Shown: in pieces, positions 1 to 12,460 of the stretch
Position numbering within the stretch: the stretch's first letter is position 1
Layout of the letters: every line of letters starts with the position of its first letter
NCBI GenBank assembly: GCA_036172245.1
Contig: JAYWIR010000009.1
Span: 4,712,001 to 4,776,000 of the forward strand
Length of the DNA stretch: 64,000 bases
Direction of reading: 5' to 3'
Source of the DNA: Raillietiella orientalis
Lineage: Eukaryota
Notes under the pieces: model-generated
The model's database searches: none
Told to the model about the DNA's origin: nothing
Seen by the model: the letters and a program-made list of their open reading frames with translations, nothing else
Position numbers and translations under genes: made by a program

Positions 1-2739
1 AGGAAACGGTTTCATCTGTTGGGCACGAGAGGATGACATCGGCGATGCCACAGGGGGTGGCGAGATGAAATTTGTTTCCGGAGCGCCGGTGATGACTGCC
101 CGATTTCGGATCCGGGAAGAAGGCTGAAATGTGGATCTTCCCCTCCTCCCCCCCTTCCCCACGAAACTACGTGGATGGACTGTCCGTGAAGCGCGAGGAA
201 TTTTCTGTGCAATTTCCACCTTCGATTTTCGAGGCATCTCCGCAGGCCGCCGCCTCCCGCGCCCGGAAGGCGAGCCGCCCCGGTTCCCGGCGCCGGTTGG
301 TGACTGCAGGGAGGGGGGGGGGCCGCATTCGGGACGGAACGTGCACGAGAGCAAGAGGAAAAGAGAAAACAAAAAAAAAGCCGCGATCGCTGGAACGAAA
401 GTACGGCGGGCTTCGCCGATGCTTGGCAACCCGTAAGTGGCGGCAGGGCCGCTTACCCCAGTTGTTCTCCCCCAGCGACCCCTCGGACGACGTGCACCAG
501 TGCAAGTGGACACACACAGACCTGATGCGGTCGTACAGATGATTCGGCAGAGTCCTTCTGAGGAAATTCTCTAGCTTCGAATTCTTCCTTTCCGGGCCTA
601 TCATAACAGAACATCAGACACATCGATCCGTCTGCACACCTCATAGCCAAGTACGTGTGTGTAAGTCCATGATTTCGGGAAGATATATCGATATACGTTA
701 CCATAGTTATCAAGGTCGTGCAGCAGCTGCGGTGATCCCCGGGAGCAAAGCAGCGGGATTCCACGGTGTTTGTGTGCGTTCTCGTAAAACGCCCGCAGGG
801 GTGGACTCGAAGGGGGGCATTCTTTTTGTCCACCTTCAAAGCGCAACCGCTAATTGGATTTCCTTAAGGTGTGCGGTTGCGTCATTTCCGCTGCCTCGCT
901 GCACCTTCCACTAATTGGTGAAGTGGGGACAAAATGGCAATCCGGTATTTGTTTTGATAATCGCCGGTGGCCATCGCTCTTCTCCATCATTCGGGGGGGG
1001 GGGGAGGGCAGAGGAAACAAATGGGGCGCGTACAAACCAGAGTATGTTCCACATTTTCGTGGGAATTACGGCATGTAGCTGGGAGGTATCTTGCAAGAGG
1101 AGGCGGGAAGGATCGTAAAATGGCCAGCAAAAAATATATCCCCATTTGATTAAAGAAAAAAGAAAGAAAGAAAGAAAGGCAATTGAGGCTACTCCACAAT
1201 AAATAAGTTTCGCCAGAAGGAGCGGCGAGCAGGAGAGAACTCGAAATTTTCCTTGGAGCGAAGGCTGCAACTCCCCATTGCCCCCGCGTGGTTTCTCATT
1301 TTTCCTGAAAAGGCTTCTGCCCTCCTCTTCTCTTCCTGGCTATTTGAACTCGCCCACCGGGCAAGACAGTGCTCGCTGATCTCCTCTTCCCTAAATCTCA
1401 AGCCCGAAGTCCCGAAAGCGAACCGAAATGAGATTCCCATTTCCTTGGATGGGGAAAAGCAATTCCATTCCATGGGTGGGTCAAGCAGAGTCCATTCGTC
1501 GTGGGAACAACCCTCCTCCTCTCCGCGAACAGCCTGACCTCTTGGAGAGTATGCGTTCCAGGACGCGCCATGAGGCACGCAGCTCTTCATAAGAATGCCG
1601 TAAGGCGTTTCCCTCAGCTCGCTTTCAGCACTTATGGACGGACTTTGACAGCCTCTCTTCCTGGAGGGATCCTCCCTTTCTTGGCTTCCCGGCACCCCGG
1701 CTTCCCATCGTGGCTGGACTTCCAGAGTTCCCAACTTGGGCACCGTTTCGTCTTAAACACACAGCGGCTACGAGCTTTGTGGCTATGGAAACAGCCGTTT
1801 CCTGCGCAGATGTCTGCGGAGGTAAAAGAAAAAAAAAAAAAAGCCAAGCCCAGACCGACGTGCCCACGCACAAAATCGATCGCCGGTCTCAACGAACAGC
1901 GCGGCAATGGCAATGGCGGCCGCACGCGATGTCACCACCACCACAGATGGCAGATGGGCGGTCGCGCGCATTGCCGCCACCCTGGAAAACGAGGCATTCG
2001 CGGGGGTGCAAAACGGCCTCTTCGACGAGCTCGCCGTCCATCGGTGGGGAAACGCCAGAGGCGCACGAGCTAGTGGAAGTGCAGCATCTCAGGGCGAGCA
2101 GAAACGATCCCCGGACGCCCGGAAAGAACCGACGGAGCCGAAGCGCCCCGGACATGTCGAGAAATCGCTGAAAGGCGCATAACGATCGCTCGCGAGCACC
2201 GCGTGAGGATGAGGCCCGCCGGGGAGCGAGGAGCCGTCGGAGGGGACAGGGGAGGAGAGGGGGCCGGGTTCGCTTCCCGGGGACATCGCGCTTCTGCCCG
2301 GATCCCGCGATGAACGCGCGGCGTAAGCATCTCCTCTCGCTCCGTTGCCCGCTGGCATGGCATCCGGCAGGGGAGAGCGAGAGGCGCGAGCGGGACGTGT
2401 CGCGGAGGAGGGAAGGGGGGGCGGAAGGCTCGTGGACGCGGAGGGGAAAAGATGGGTCGCGTTCCCGGGTCGGGGAGCATCAGCATCCTCAGGGGGATGC
2501 GACAGGACGCACGAGTCTCCCCTCTGAGCGCCGCTCGCCGCCGAGGGACCTCGGGGCCGTCCCGACGCCCTCCGCCACCCGACCCTCGAGAAGAAATCGT
2601 ATCCTTGGCAACCGCCCCCTATGGTCTGAAATCCGAAATTTTTCGAGTGTCGCTGTGTCGCTTTCTCCCCCCTCGGCCTTCGCCCGACACCCCAAATTCC
2701 CGGAATGTTCTGAGCCCTTCGCTCCCGCCGAGGGCACGC

Positions 2740-5700
2740 ATGAACCAGAATGAGGATCCGCATGCCGGCGCAACATCCCCCCGCTCCCCCTCGACGGACC
2801 CCTCCACACGGAGGGCCAATTGCCCCTGCAGCTGGTACCGCTATCTAAAGGACGCACCCAAACTCACTTGCGACTGGAGCAGGAACGTTCGGGAGTGGCG
2901 GCTGCCTCAAGACTTCAACCAGATCTGCATCAACGGCAGGCTGGAGAAGAACGGGAAGAAAAGTGAGGGGCCGAGGGAGCGCTCGGGGGTGTCGAGGGAG
3001 GGACGATAGGAGAGCCGGAAGGAAGGTCCAGGGTTCCCACCCCCACCTCCCTCGCCCCTTCTTGGCCCCGGTCGGCTCGGGTCGCCTTCGCGACGGGAGG
3101 GTTAGCGGGCGACCTTCCGCCTCCCTCGCTTCGCGCGCACACGCGCGCTCCTTCCGGGACGCGCGGGAGGAGGGCGCCCGCGAGCTCCGCCTCGCTGCCC
3201 CCGAAGCCCCGCGACCGGCCGAGGGGCGCGCGCGCTGCCGAGGGCTCCCTCCCACAATAGGTTTCCCCGGTAACGAGAGGCACCTCGGCGAAAGAAAGCA
3301 AGCAAGCAAGAAGGAGGGGGCAGTAAGGAGACCTCCCGAACAGCTTCTGCTCTTCCTTCTCCCCCTCCCCGAGCTCCCGCTTGCTCCCGCCGCCGCCGGC
3401 TCGCCGTTCGGAGGAGAGGGGGGCGGGTCATGATGAGGACGGCGAGGGAGGTCGCGCGCTGCGAGCACGGCGCCGACGTGAAGGTCGCGCTCTACAAGCA
3501 CCTGACCATCTTCGGCACGGAGGAGCACCAGGCCACCGTGTGGTGGTTCCCGAAGTTCTTCTGCCAGTCGAAGCTCTCCGACCGGAAGGACGGTACCTCC
3601 CCTCACCTGCTGCTGCTGCTACCGCTCTCCGCCAGCACCAGCCCCCACGACCACCCTTCCTCTCCCCATCATCATCCCATTGCTGCTGCTGCCGCCTCCG
3701 CTACCACTGTGCCCTCCCTCCTCCCTCCTCCTCTTCCTCCCATCTCCTCCTGCCACCGATAGTACCGCTGTACTCTTCCTACTGACATTCCCCTTCTCCT
3801 TCTATTGCCACCACTACCGATGTCCCCATTGCTAATATCCCCTTATTACTGCTACTATTACCACTGTCCCCTACTACTGATACTAATGCCATCCTCTTCC
3901 TCTTACCACTGCTATTACGAGCCTCCTCCTCCCCTTTCTACTAATGCTGCTACTGCTACTGCCGTTTCCCTCCTGCTATTACTGCCACTACTACAACTAC
4001 TTTCCTCTTCATACTACTAATGCTGCTGCTGTTCCCTTCCAGTTAATACTGCCACTACTACAACTACCTTCCTGATACTACTATTGCTACTCCGGCTACT
4101 ATCCTCATACGCCACTACTAATTCTGTTACTACTACGACCTCTGTTACTAAAACTACTCTCCTCCTCATACTACCACTATTAATGCTGCTACTACTGCCA
4201 CTACTACAAGTACTCTCCTTCTATTGCTACTATCTTCCTACCACTACTGCTCTCACTCTGCTGTTTACTATCCTTGGTATGGATGCTGTGCTCTTCCTCT
4301 CACCCCTCCTCCTGCGCCAATTCACCAGGCGCTTGCGCGCGACGGGTGCCACGTGGGGCCAACCCCTCCCCCTCGTTTACTACCAGCGCCGTCTCCGATG
4401 CCCCTCCTCCCGCAGGTAGCAACGCCTGCACCATCATCTGCATCATCATGGCGCAGCGGATCTTCGAGAATGGCATCCGTATCCACGGGCATCCGGACCG
4501 GCCCCTGAGCAAGCAGCTAATCACCACCTTCGCCGAGTCCATCTCTGACGGCAACACGGTCCACGAGAAGCTGCTGAGGAACGGCCAGCTTTGCCACATG
4601 AACCTCACCGTCCCCGAGGCGCTCAACGCCTGCAGAGACAAGACGGAGTGCCTCACCGAGTGGGTGGGTGACCACCCGCCCTGCCGCCTCGCCGCCTTCC
4701 TCAGAGGAGGGAGCGTCCACTCCCGTGGAACGCTGCCGCCGTCTCGGCCTATCGTAGGGTCAAAGTGACCGGATCCACACGAGCCGGAAAGCGAGGATGG
4801 GGAGCGGGTCGGTCCCCACGAGCCGCCTCGCGGGGCGCCCTCCTCTGAACGCGGGAGGCCGCCGCTCGCCCCCGGCATCGCCGCTCCGCGTGCCGCTTGA
4901 GGAGGGAAGGAGAGGTGGAGGCGCTGCGCCGCGAAGGGAGACTCCCCCTTACTCTTGCCTTTCTCCCGGAGTCCCCTGCCCCTCGCGTGGGAGGAGCTGG
5001 AGGGTGCGGTGACGGCCGCCTGCGACCTAAGCGGAGACCGCTAGGCGGTCAGCACGATCTCGCAGGGTCCCCGGCGGTCCCGAGGGAAGCTCGTTGCGCG
5101 CCCTGCTATTCCAAGGAAGGGTGGGGTGGGACGGGAGGGCACCTATGCGCCCTCGCGGTCTCCACAGGAAGAGCCTCTCCTCCACCCGTTCCAATGGAGA
5201 ACCGCGGGATGCCCCCTGTCCGCCCGCAGCTCCCCGGCGCGCGTGGCATCCGCGATGCCGCGGAGCACGGCTCCGTCTCCTCGCAACGTCATCTCCTGGG
5301 CGCGCTTCGCGCTCGTGTTCCCGACTCAAAGAGCTCCACCACCCGCCCCCGGCGACTCGACCGCTACCGGAAACCTCTCCGCAAGTAACAGCAACACAAG
5401 AAGAATAGCTTCTGGCCGTTCTTCTTCTTCACTGCTTCAGCGACGAGCGCCCGGGGGCACTCCGAGTCTGGCAGACGGGGGCAGGCATCTTCTTCCTCCT
5501 CCCTCCTCCTCTTCCTCTTCTCTCCTTTCCTCCTTCCCTTCCTACTCTCCTCCTCCTGCTAATATTCTCGCTTTATCCTCCCCTCCTCCTTCCCCTGATG
5601 CCATCTGATGCACTTCCAGTACTACGTGCAGAAATCCTTGATGTACCTGATGCCCATGAGGCAGTGTCTTTACGAAAACCTGCAGCACGGGATGAAGCAG

Positions 5701-6067
5701 TGGCGCAGCAACCCTCCTCCCAACGCATTCCCCGACCTGTTCATCATCCTGATAGCCGACTCCCGGAGCGTACTGTTGGTGTACCAGCAAGAGCTGGATA
5801 GAGTGAGTTCTTCCATTCCCCGTGTCGCGCTCCTTGGGAGTCTCTCCATCCCCGAGAGGCGTCCCTCACGGGGTGCGTTTCCAGGTAACCCTCCTGGACT
5901 CGCACTCGCACATGCACTCGGGATCCGTCATCGCTCAGGTGGACGTAGACCAGATCCAAGACCTCTGCTCCTGGTACGACGCGGTCTGCGTGAAGATATT
6001 CGGCAAGAGGCCTGACTGCTTCGAGCTGTCTTTCCTCTACTTCAAGAACATCAGGAGCGCGAAGTGA
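2740..6067 (+). CDS. Putative viral-tegument-like (VTD / peptidase C76-like) cysteine protease/deubiquitinase; alternative first exons A 2740-2962 or B 3430-3592, shared exons 4416-4663, 5632-5802, 5885-6067 (274 aa or 254 aa)
   Basis: Canonical GT-AG sites with consistent phases give an open protein: ...WWFPKFFCQSKLSDRKD|GSNACTIICIIMAQRIF...FAESISDGNTVHEKLL...EW|KSLMYL...FIILIADSRSVLLVYQQELDR|VTLLDSHSHMHSGSVIAQ...FELSFLYFKNIRSAK*. Gln sits 13 residues before a Cys at a helix start, and D-S-H follows a run of hydrophobic strands. This is the layout of herpesvirus UL36/M48/BPLF1-type DUBs. The gene structure is well supported; the function is inferred from motifs. Confidence 0.75.
3600..4270. 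repeat. Degenerate (CTA/CTG/CCT)n trinucleotide low-complexity tract within the intron of the VTD-like gene
   Basis: Continuous ctactactg/ccactacta/cctcct-type units; these produce the spurious poly-Leu/Tyr/Thr ORFs at 3805-4419. Confidence 0.85.
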
Positions 6068-8223
6068 ACGCCACCTTCCTCAGTGGAGATAGTGGATGCT
6101 GGACGGGGGGCTGCAACGCAGCAGCGGGACGCTTGCAAATGGGCCGCAGGAAAGCGCCCCTTCGCCCGACCCGAAACTTCCGGAAAACGCTACCATTCCA
6201 TTTTTTTACGTTTTTCTGTTTTTTTTTTTTTTTTAAAAAAAAAAAAAAGGCTCGCCTGAGAAGATGATAAAGATGATTCCCCCCCCTCCCCCCGCTTCCT
6301 TCCCAGGCTGGATTTTAAAATGGGTCGAAATGCCTCTGGTTCCTCCTGCAGTTCGAAGCGAACCCACGCGGGATTGATCGACGACACGCAATGATCGTCA
6401 GTCAAACTCCCGTCGAAGCGCGGCATTCAGAAGTGGCGTCGCTCCGTCCAGCGTGGGCAGAGGGCGTCTGCCCGCGCGTGGCGGCGGTCCAAAGGATGAC
6501 CGCCAACAATCGATGGAGGATTCCAGGGACCGTGCGGTGTTGGTGGAGCTTCCAGGGACCGCTTCCGGGTCAGACGTGACGTTCCGTTTCCAGAACCTTG
6601 GGCAGCCATTCCAGCAGTCCGTTTCCTTCCGGAGGCTGCTGTTCCGTCGAGGTGCTCTCCGGCGTTCCGACCGCAGCAGTACCAGAGGGCCAGAAAATGA
6701 GTTCGTTCATGTATCGTGGAGAGGAGGCATTTTCCCCTTTGCTGATAGTCATTTCAGCTTCAGCGACTCGCGGATGAATTTCGTGTTTCGGCCACGGTGC
6801 CGTGGGATGGTTGGTAGGCTTGGAATTCACGGGATCTTTGAAACTCCCGGCACTTCATCAGCCATCTCGTTCGCCTTCCCCGAGGACCGGTTCGGACACT
6901 CGGACGCGGAGGGAGCACCAACCGAAGCACAGAAAAGAACGGGAAACGCACAACGGCCTCGAATCACGCGGCCTCCTCTCAGCCACAACACCGGAACCGC
7001 CCATCTGGAGCTTCCTCCTTCTCAGGAAGGAATCGTAGCTGCCGGTGGACATGCCTTCAGCATGCTGGTCCGCAAGAGGCTGCGAGGCCAAGGTCTTTTC
7101 CGCTATTCCGAAATCCACATCCCGAGGGAGTGAGCGAACTTTGTCTTTGGACGTGTGAATGATGGAAGAGCTGAATTCCTCCCCCCTGGACTCCCACAAG
7201 CCGCCTCCCGTTTCCCGGGATACTCGAGCTGCTCGTGTACTGACTGTTCCAACCCCCACTCTTCTCATTACCGGACCGCCTATCCGGAAGGACCTTGGGA
7301 CAGAATTTCGTGTTCATTGAAGGGTTCGTTACCAACCCGGAATGGCCGCCGAGGTCCGCGGAACGGACAACGTAAAAAAAAAAAAAAAAAAAAAAAAAAA
7401 ACGGCAGTCTTCCTGCGACCAGGGACGCGGTCAATCAGCTCCCCCTTACGGCGCTGTGCATGGATTTCAACTTTGCAGGAAGAGCGTCTGTTCAGCTGCT
7501 TTCAGAAGGAACGGAGCGGCCACGATTCGAGCAGGCTGAATTCTGCTTCGTGCAAACTTTCGTGAATGGTGCCAGAGGCGTCCTTCGTCGGCGCCAACGG
7601 TAGAGCTGAGAACAACAGAATCGTGTCGATTGATTCGACACCAACAAAACTCTGGGACAGAACTGCTCCTTGTTTTGATTGAAACGAAATGAGATTTCTG
7701 AGGTACAGCTCTTGAAAGATAAGATACACATCTTTTATGAATGCGATCGCATTTGAATGTGCAACCCAGAGAACCCGCTCGCGTAGAGCGGAATGCACTC
7801 CTCGCGTTATACGAGCACCCACCGTACTTGCAAATCCATTCGATTCAGCATCAACAGAATCTCTCCTGGCTTACCCATTTATGTACCGCATAGACTGACC
7901 AAAAAATCAGTTGGGCTTTGTTCTTTGAATGCTGGCATCAAAATTCCATTTCGCTCTTTCTGGGGCTGCAATGCACGAGCTTCAGTGTTTGCCAAAAGCA
8001 GCGTCCACATTAATGTTCAAAATTATGAAAATCATGAACTTTAAGGCAACGAAGTGTCATAATGGGCAATGATTTGGACATGTGCTATGCCCCTGCTTGA
8101 AGGTTGTAAAGTTATTGCCCATTACAAATGCGAGGAGCATTTCAAAAAGGCGGATCGGATAGAAAGGAAGAACAAACGGGAGGAGCAGAAATGCATCGGT
8201 GGTTCGAAACACACACAGCCATG

Positions 8224-8522
8224 TCATTCCTCTACGCGGTCGCCATTTTTCTTCCAAGCACTTTTGATCCCGTGGAACGAGCTTTTTGGAACCGCCTGCA
8301 TGGAAGCTCCGCCGCCTGGGAGTTCGGTCAGTTCGGCAGCACTGCTCTTTCCAACTCCCCACTTTCCCCTTCGAGATGGAAGAAGCCGCTTCTTGAGGTG
8401 CGCGAAGGAAGACAGGTGGTAGCCACCAGGCGCGAGGTCAGGACTGTAAGGTGGGTGATGGAAAAAGTTTCCATTTGAATTCCTGAATTGTCTGGATTGT
8501 GCGGACAGCAGTGCGTGGGACC
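8224..8522 (-). mobile_element. Decayed Tc1/mariner (mariner/SETMAR-type) transposase C-terminal fragment
   Basis: With frameshifts the minus strand reads TAVRTIQTIQEFKWKLF-HPPYSPDLAPGGYHL..FAHLKKRL...KLVPRDQKCLE-KNGDRVEE*. This matches the mariner HPPYSPDLAPSDYHLF motif (catalytic Asp mutated) and the 'KC...GDYVEK*' terminus. No TIR identified. Confidence 0.85.
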
Positions 8523-9098
8523 AAAAGGGTGTGCTTTCGGTGGACTTTGTGGAGCCTGGAACGACCACCACCACTTCGCCAGACCACTGTGTAGAAACAC
8601 TCTCGAAGCTGCGGTGTGCCATTCAGGACTGACGACGTGGGGGGCTGAGGTCAGGAGGAACGGTTCCTCTCCTTCACGGCAACGCGCGTCCGCGCCCTGT
8701 TGTCCAGACATCTGAGCCCTTCCATTTCGAAAATTGAGCGTGCTCAAAAATCTCAAGGGAATGGAAGTGTGAAAATAAGCACTTTGGATAATCTTGCTCA
8801 GTGAACTCAGTTTTCAACTTCACCCAATTCGGTTATTCAACACGAAAACGGAAGGCCCAGTACATTGTCTTTCAGCTAAAGAACTATGTTGTTTCGAGTT
8901 GACTGCAGAGAGTGTTTTTACATTTACGATTTGGGGAACGCTTGACTCATCTGGTCGGAGGCAACGTGGTTTCTAATTACAGGGGGGCATTCATGAACTT
9001 CCGACACATCAAATGTGTCTTCGTCATGTTCTTATTCAGATCTTACATTTCCCTGGCATCTACGCATAAGTCCGAATGAATTAATATTTTAGAGGGCC

Positions 9099-9135
9099 AT
9101 CGCTTCTTGGTCTTTTGGCTAAGATTAAGGTGTAG
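9099..9135 (+). pseudogene. 5' fragment of U2 snRNA (~nt 1-36), truncated
   Basis: ATCGCTTCTTGGTCTTTTGGCTAAGATTAAGGTGTAG versus the conserved U2 5' end ATCGCTTCTCGGCCTTTTGGCTAAGATCAAGTGTAG (3 C>T changes, 1 inserted base). Similarity stops at the branch-point-pairing GTAG; no Sm site follows. Confidence 0.8.
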
Positions 9136-9425
9136 ATCGTAATAAAAGAATCCAAAAGATTGTGCACCATGGCTGCCAATTACTGAAAAATACTACACGC
9201 TAAATTTAAATTGCAAAGTGGGGGTTTGAAGAGGCATGAAACTTGATTTCTAAGTGAAAGGTGAAATGAGAATTAGTCTTGTGAGCATTCAGAAAAAAAT
9301 TAAATATCAGTATATTCTTATTAATAACATTTCAAAATATAATATAATATATACACACTTCAGTCGGATCACATTCATCCATCTTCAAGTTGCCATCCAT
9401 TACTTTCAAGATTAATGGGCAGCTA

Positions 9426-12400
9426 TTACCCAAGAGGATTAATTGGCTGTGCCTGATTGTTACTTTCCTGAGTTCCAATTGCTTCATGCATTTGCATTTC
9501 AGAGGGAGGCCTGAAAACAAAGTACACTTTCTTAGAAATCCCAATATATCTTCATGAATTTGAACAGGAACAAAATCTTATTTGAATAGGAACTGAAACT
9601 ATTCGATTCAAAATTCTGATGGCATCAACACGGGATTAACATTAAAAAATCAATGGGATTCAACTTATTTTGAAACCCGGATTTACAATTAATGCAAACA
9701 TGTGATACCTAACAAAAGTACCTGTCCGGACTAAGCCCAAGAAAAAAAAGCATCAAATCATCAAGTTTGCAAGACAGTGAAGTGATTTATACATGCTGAA
9801 GAAAATGGAGCATTATTTTATTCAAAGAATTATTAAGAAAGGAATGAACGATGCAAAGAAGTTACCTTGAAGGTTGCATTTTGGGCTTGGGCATCTTGTT
9901 AAGGAGCATTTGTATCTCTTTCTTTTCATCATAAGAACGCCACAATTCATAGAAATGTAGTATGTAGGCCATGATCTCTAAAATCTTCTTTAAATCACAG
10001 TTCAACTCAGCAAACCATTGTTTGGCATCTTTCTGGGCAACCACACAGGCCATATGAAGAGCCGCTACAAAAATTACAGCTCAATACCAGTGGGAATTTT
10101 ATATATATCTTCATACCAAGTGAAATCATGAATGGAGGGTACAAAAGTGACACATCTGTACGTAGACTATCATTCACAATCTTCCATGCAAGAGGAAGAA
10201 GTTGCTCTTCATATCCTAAATCTTGCACATACTGTATAAGAGGACTTTATGAAACAAATATCAAAGACATGAAGCTTTTACGAGTTCCCTTACCGATAAG
10301 GCTGATATACAACCAAGCAACAGTCCATCATCTCCAGGAGATAGAATTCACATTCCAAGATATGATTGGCACGATAAGGATACTCTTGACCATAAGCATA
10401 TGAGAATTTGTTTTTCACTAAAGAGCAGAACATATTCCAAATGTTAAATTTCAGTTGGCAATACACACAGACACTCTGGCAAGTTGACATGAGCCGTGTG
10501 TGGGAAATCACACCAAACTCTTCCACTTTGGATGCTAAGAAAAGGCAAGTTGGTGCCAAAAGCAGAGGATCAATACATTTCAGTGAATTGCGGGCATACA
10601 ATCTCTTCAAATACACTGTGGCTGTAGCAATGACTTGCTGGCGCACTTTCAATTGTTCTCCCAAAACCTGAATAACTTTATCAAATATTTTTTTATTTTC
10701 ATGTTTCATCACAGCAATCACAGAATTAGAATGAGATAAAATCATTAACAAAACACTTCACAATCTTTACAAACAATCCCATCTGACAGTGACTAAACAA
10801 CTGTTTTGAAAATGCACTCAATGATGCTGAGCAAATTTTGGTGTGGCTGGTAACTTTGTGTATTATCAGGATCTTAAAAAATAGTTTCAACATGTTACAA
10901 TGCTAACTCATAATTCCAAATGAATGAATCTTCTAGATTTCTAGGTCACACTACATTCAAACTATGTATTCACACCAGAAATACAAAACACATCTGTAAC
11001 ACTATAATACAGGAAAGCTAAAACATGTTGTTCGTTGATTTTTTCCACTCTGCCAACTGAAATTTGTATTACTTCTGAACTTCATTTAAAATGATGTCAA
11101 CTTGAGAAAGTAAGAGAGATGAAGTCAGTACTCACCTCTCTTACTATTACTTTGTATTCACGGATCCAAAAGTTTTTGGTAACACAAGAGTAACAAAGTA
11201 AATTAAAAATGCACAAGTAGAACCACAAGTCTGAAAAGCTATGCAAGATAAAAAAAATCCTTTAGAAACTATGTTTCCAAGTGTGGCAAAGTTAACTGTA
11301 TTTGAAATCGATCGTTTTTTATACACCCCCCTTGTGACAAAAATTAATGGATGTTCCAAATATACCTAACATGAGCAGCTGCCTTTAATACCAAAAATCT
11401 TTAGTAGCTAACTGTCACAGAAATAAATATGAAAACTGCTTCCTTTTGCCATTTTTGCCAAACACAAAAGCATGCAGTGACTGTACAAAGTTAGTTAAAA
11501 AATCTTTTAAGAACAATCAAGCAGTGCTTTTCAGAAATAACCAACTTGCCAATGACTGGTTATAAATTTGGATAAAGACTATTTTTGATGTAAAACCTTA
11601 TCAAATCAGAAAACTATTAAATGAGAAGCCACATATGTAATAATTTATAAAACCAAATTAAATGTTATCAATGGCAGATATCCTCCTGTAATTATAACCT
11701 AAAATACAGTTCAGTACTTCTTACTTATGCCTTGAGATACCATACAAAGAACACACAAAATACGAAAGTTTGATATGTGCATAACTTTTGCTGTAATGTT
11801 TCCTTTTTCTGTACCTCTCAATGAACTAAAAAAAAAAGGAAATGATCTTTCGCCACTAAACAAATTACCATATTCGGTGCATTTTGCTTTCCAGTTTCAA
11901 ATCCGTAAACAATGAAACAAAGTTGACATCTGCTATACATAGTTTATGTTAACATACCTTTGCACCTGTTGAAACATATTTCAAATGTTTTACGCTTTCA
12001 AGTTGGATGTCCGTTAGTGCAGAAAAAACTGCACTAACCGCATCACATACGGGGAAATAAAAAGAATGCCGGCATCCTGATGAAACCCCAATCCAAAACT
12101 TAAACAAGTATGGAACAAATATTACAAGTATTTAGGTTTATTCCACACAGCGAGGATACACTTCACGTGGTCAGAATTCGTATTATCTTTTAAGAAATGG
12201 GGGATGGGGGGGGGGGAGAAGGGGAAGCAAAAAAACAAAAGAAAAAAAAAACGAAACTTACAATTGGCAAAGAAGATCTGAACTTTTTGGTACTCCTCCT
12301 CGGAAAGAAATTGCAAGTCCGTTTGCCTTTCGCGAATCAAATCCTGCTTGTCAAGAAGCCATTGCTGACTACGGAATTTTCACAAATGCACCCAACCTGT

Positions 12401-12460
12401 GTCCCAAGTTTTATGCGTGTATACTCACTAGTGGGAGCTCTGCCAAAAATTTCCCGACAT
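9426..12460 (-). CDS. CCNC: Cyclin C (Mediator CDK8 module); exons 12460-12429, 12368-12262, 10675-10469, 10417-10294, 10244-10117, 10064-9866, 9510-9426
   Basis: The spliced product MSGNFWQSSHYQQWLLDKQDLIRERQTDLQFLSEEEYQKVQIFFANFIQVLGEQLKVRQQVIATATVYLKRLYARNSLKCIDPLLLAPTCLFLASKVEEFG...ILECEFYLLEMMDCCLVVYQPYRPL...LAWKIVNDSLRTDVSLLYPPFMISL...KMPKPKMQPSRPPS... is typical Cyclin C. All introns are GT-AG with consistent phase. Confidence 0.97.

Noticed and set aside
129..660. Possible terminal exons of an upstream gene (acceptors near 245 and 475; DPSDDVHQCKWTHTDLMRSYR*)
   Set aside because: Too short, no recognisable motif, and cut off by the window edge.
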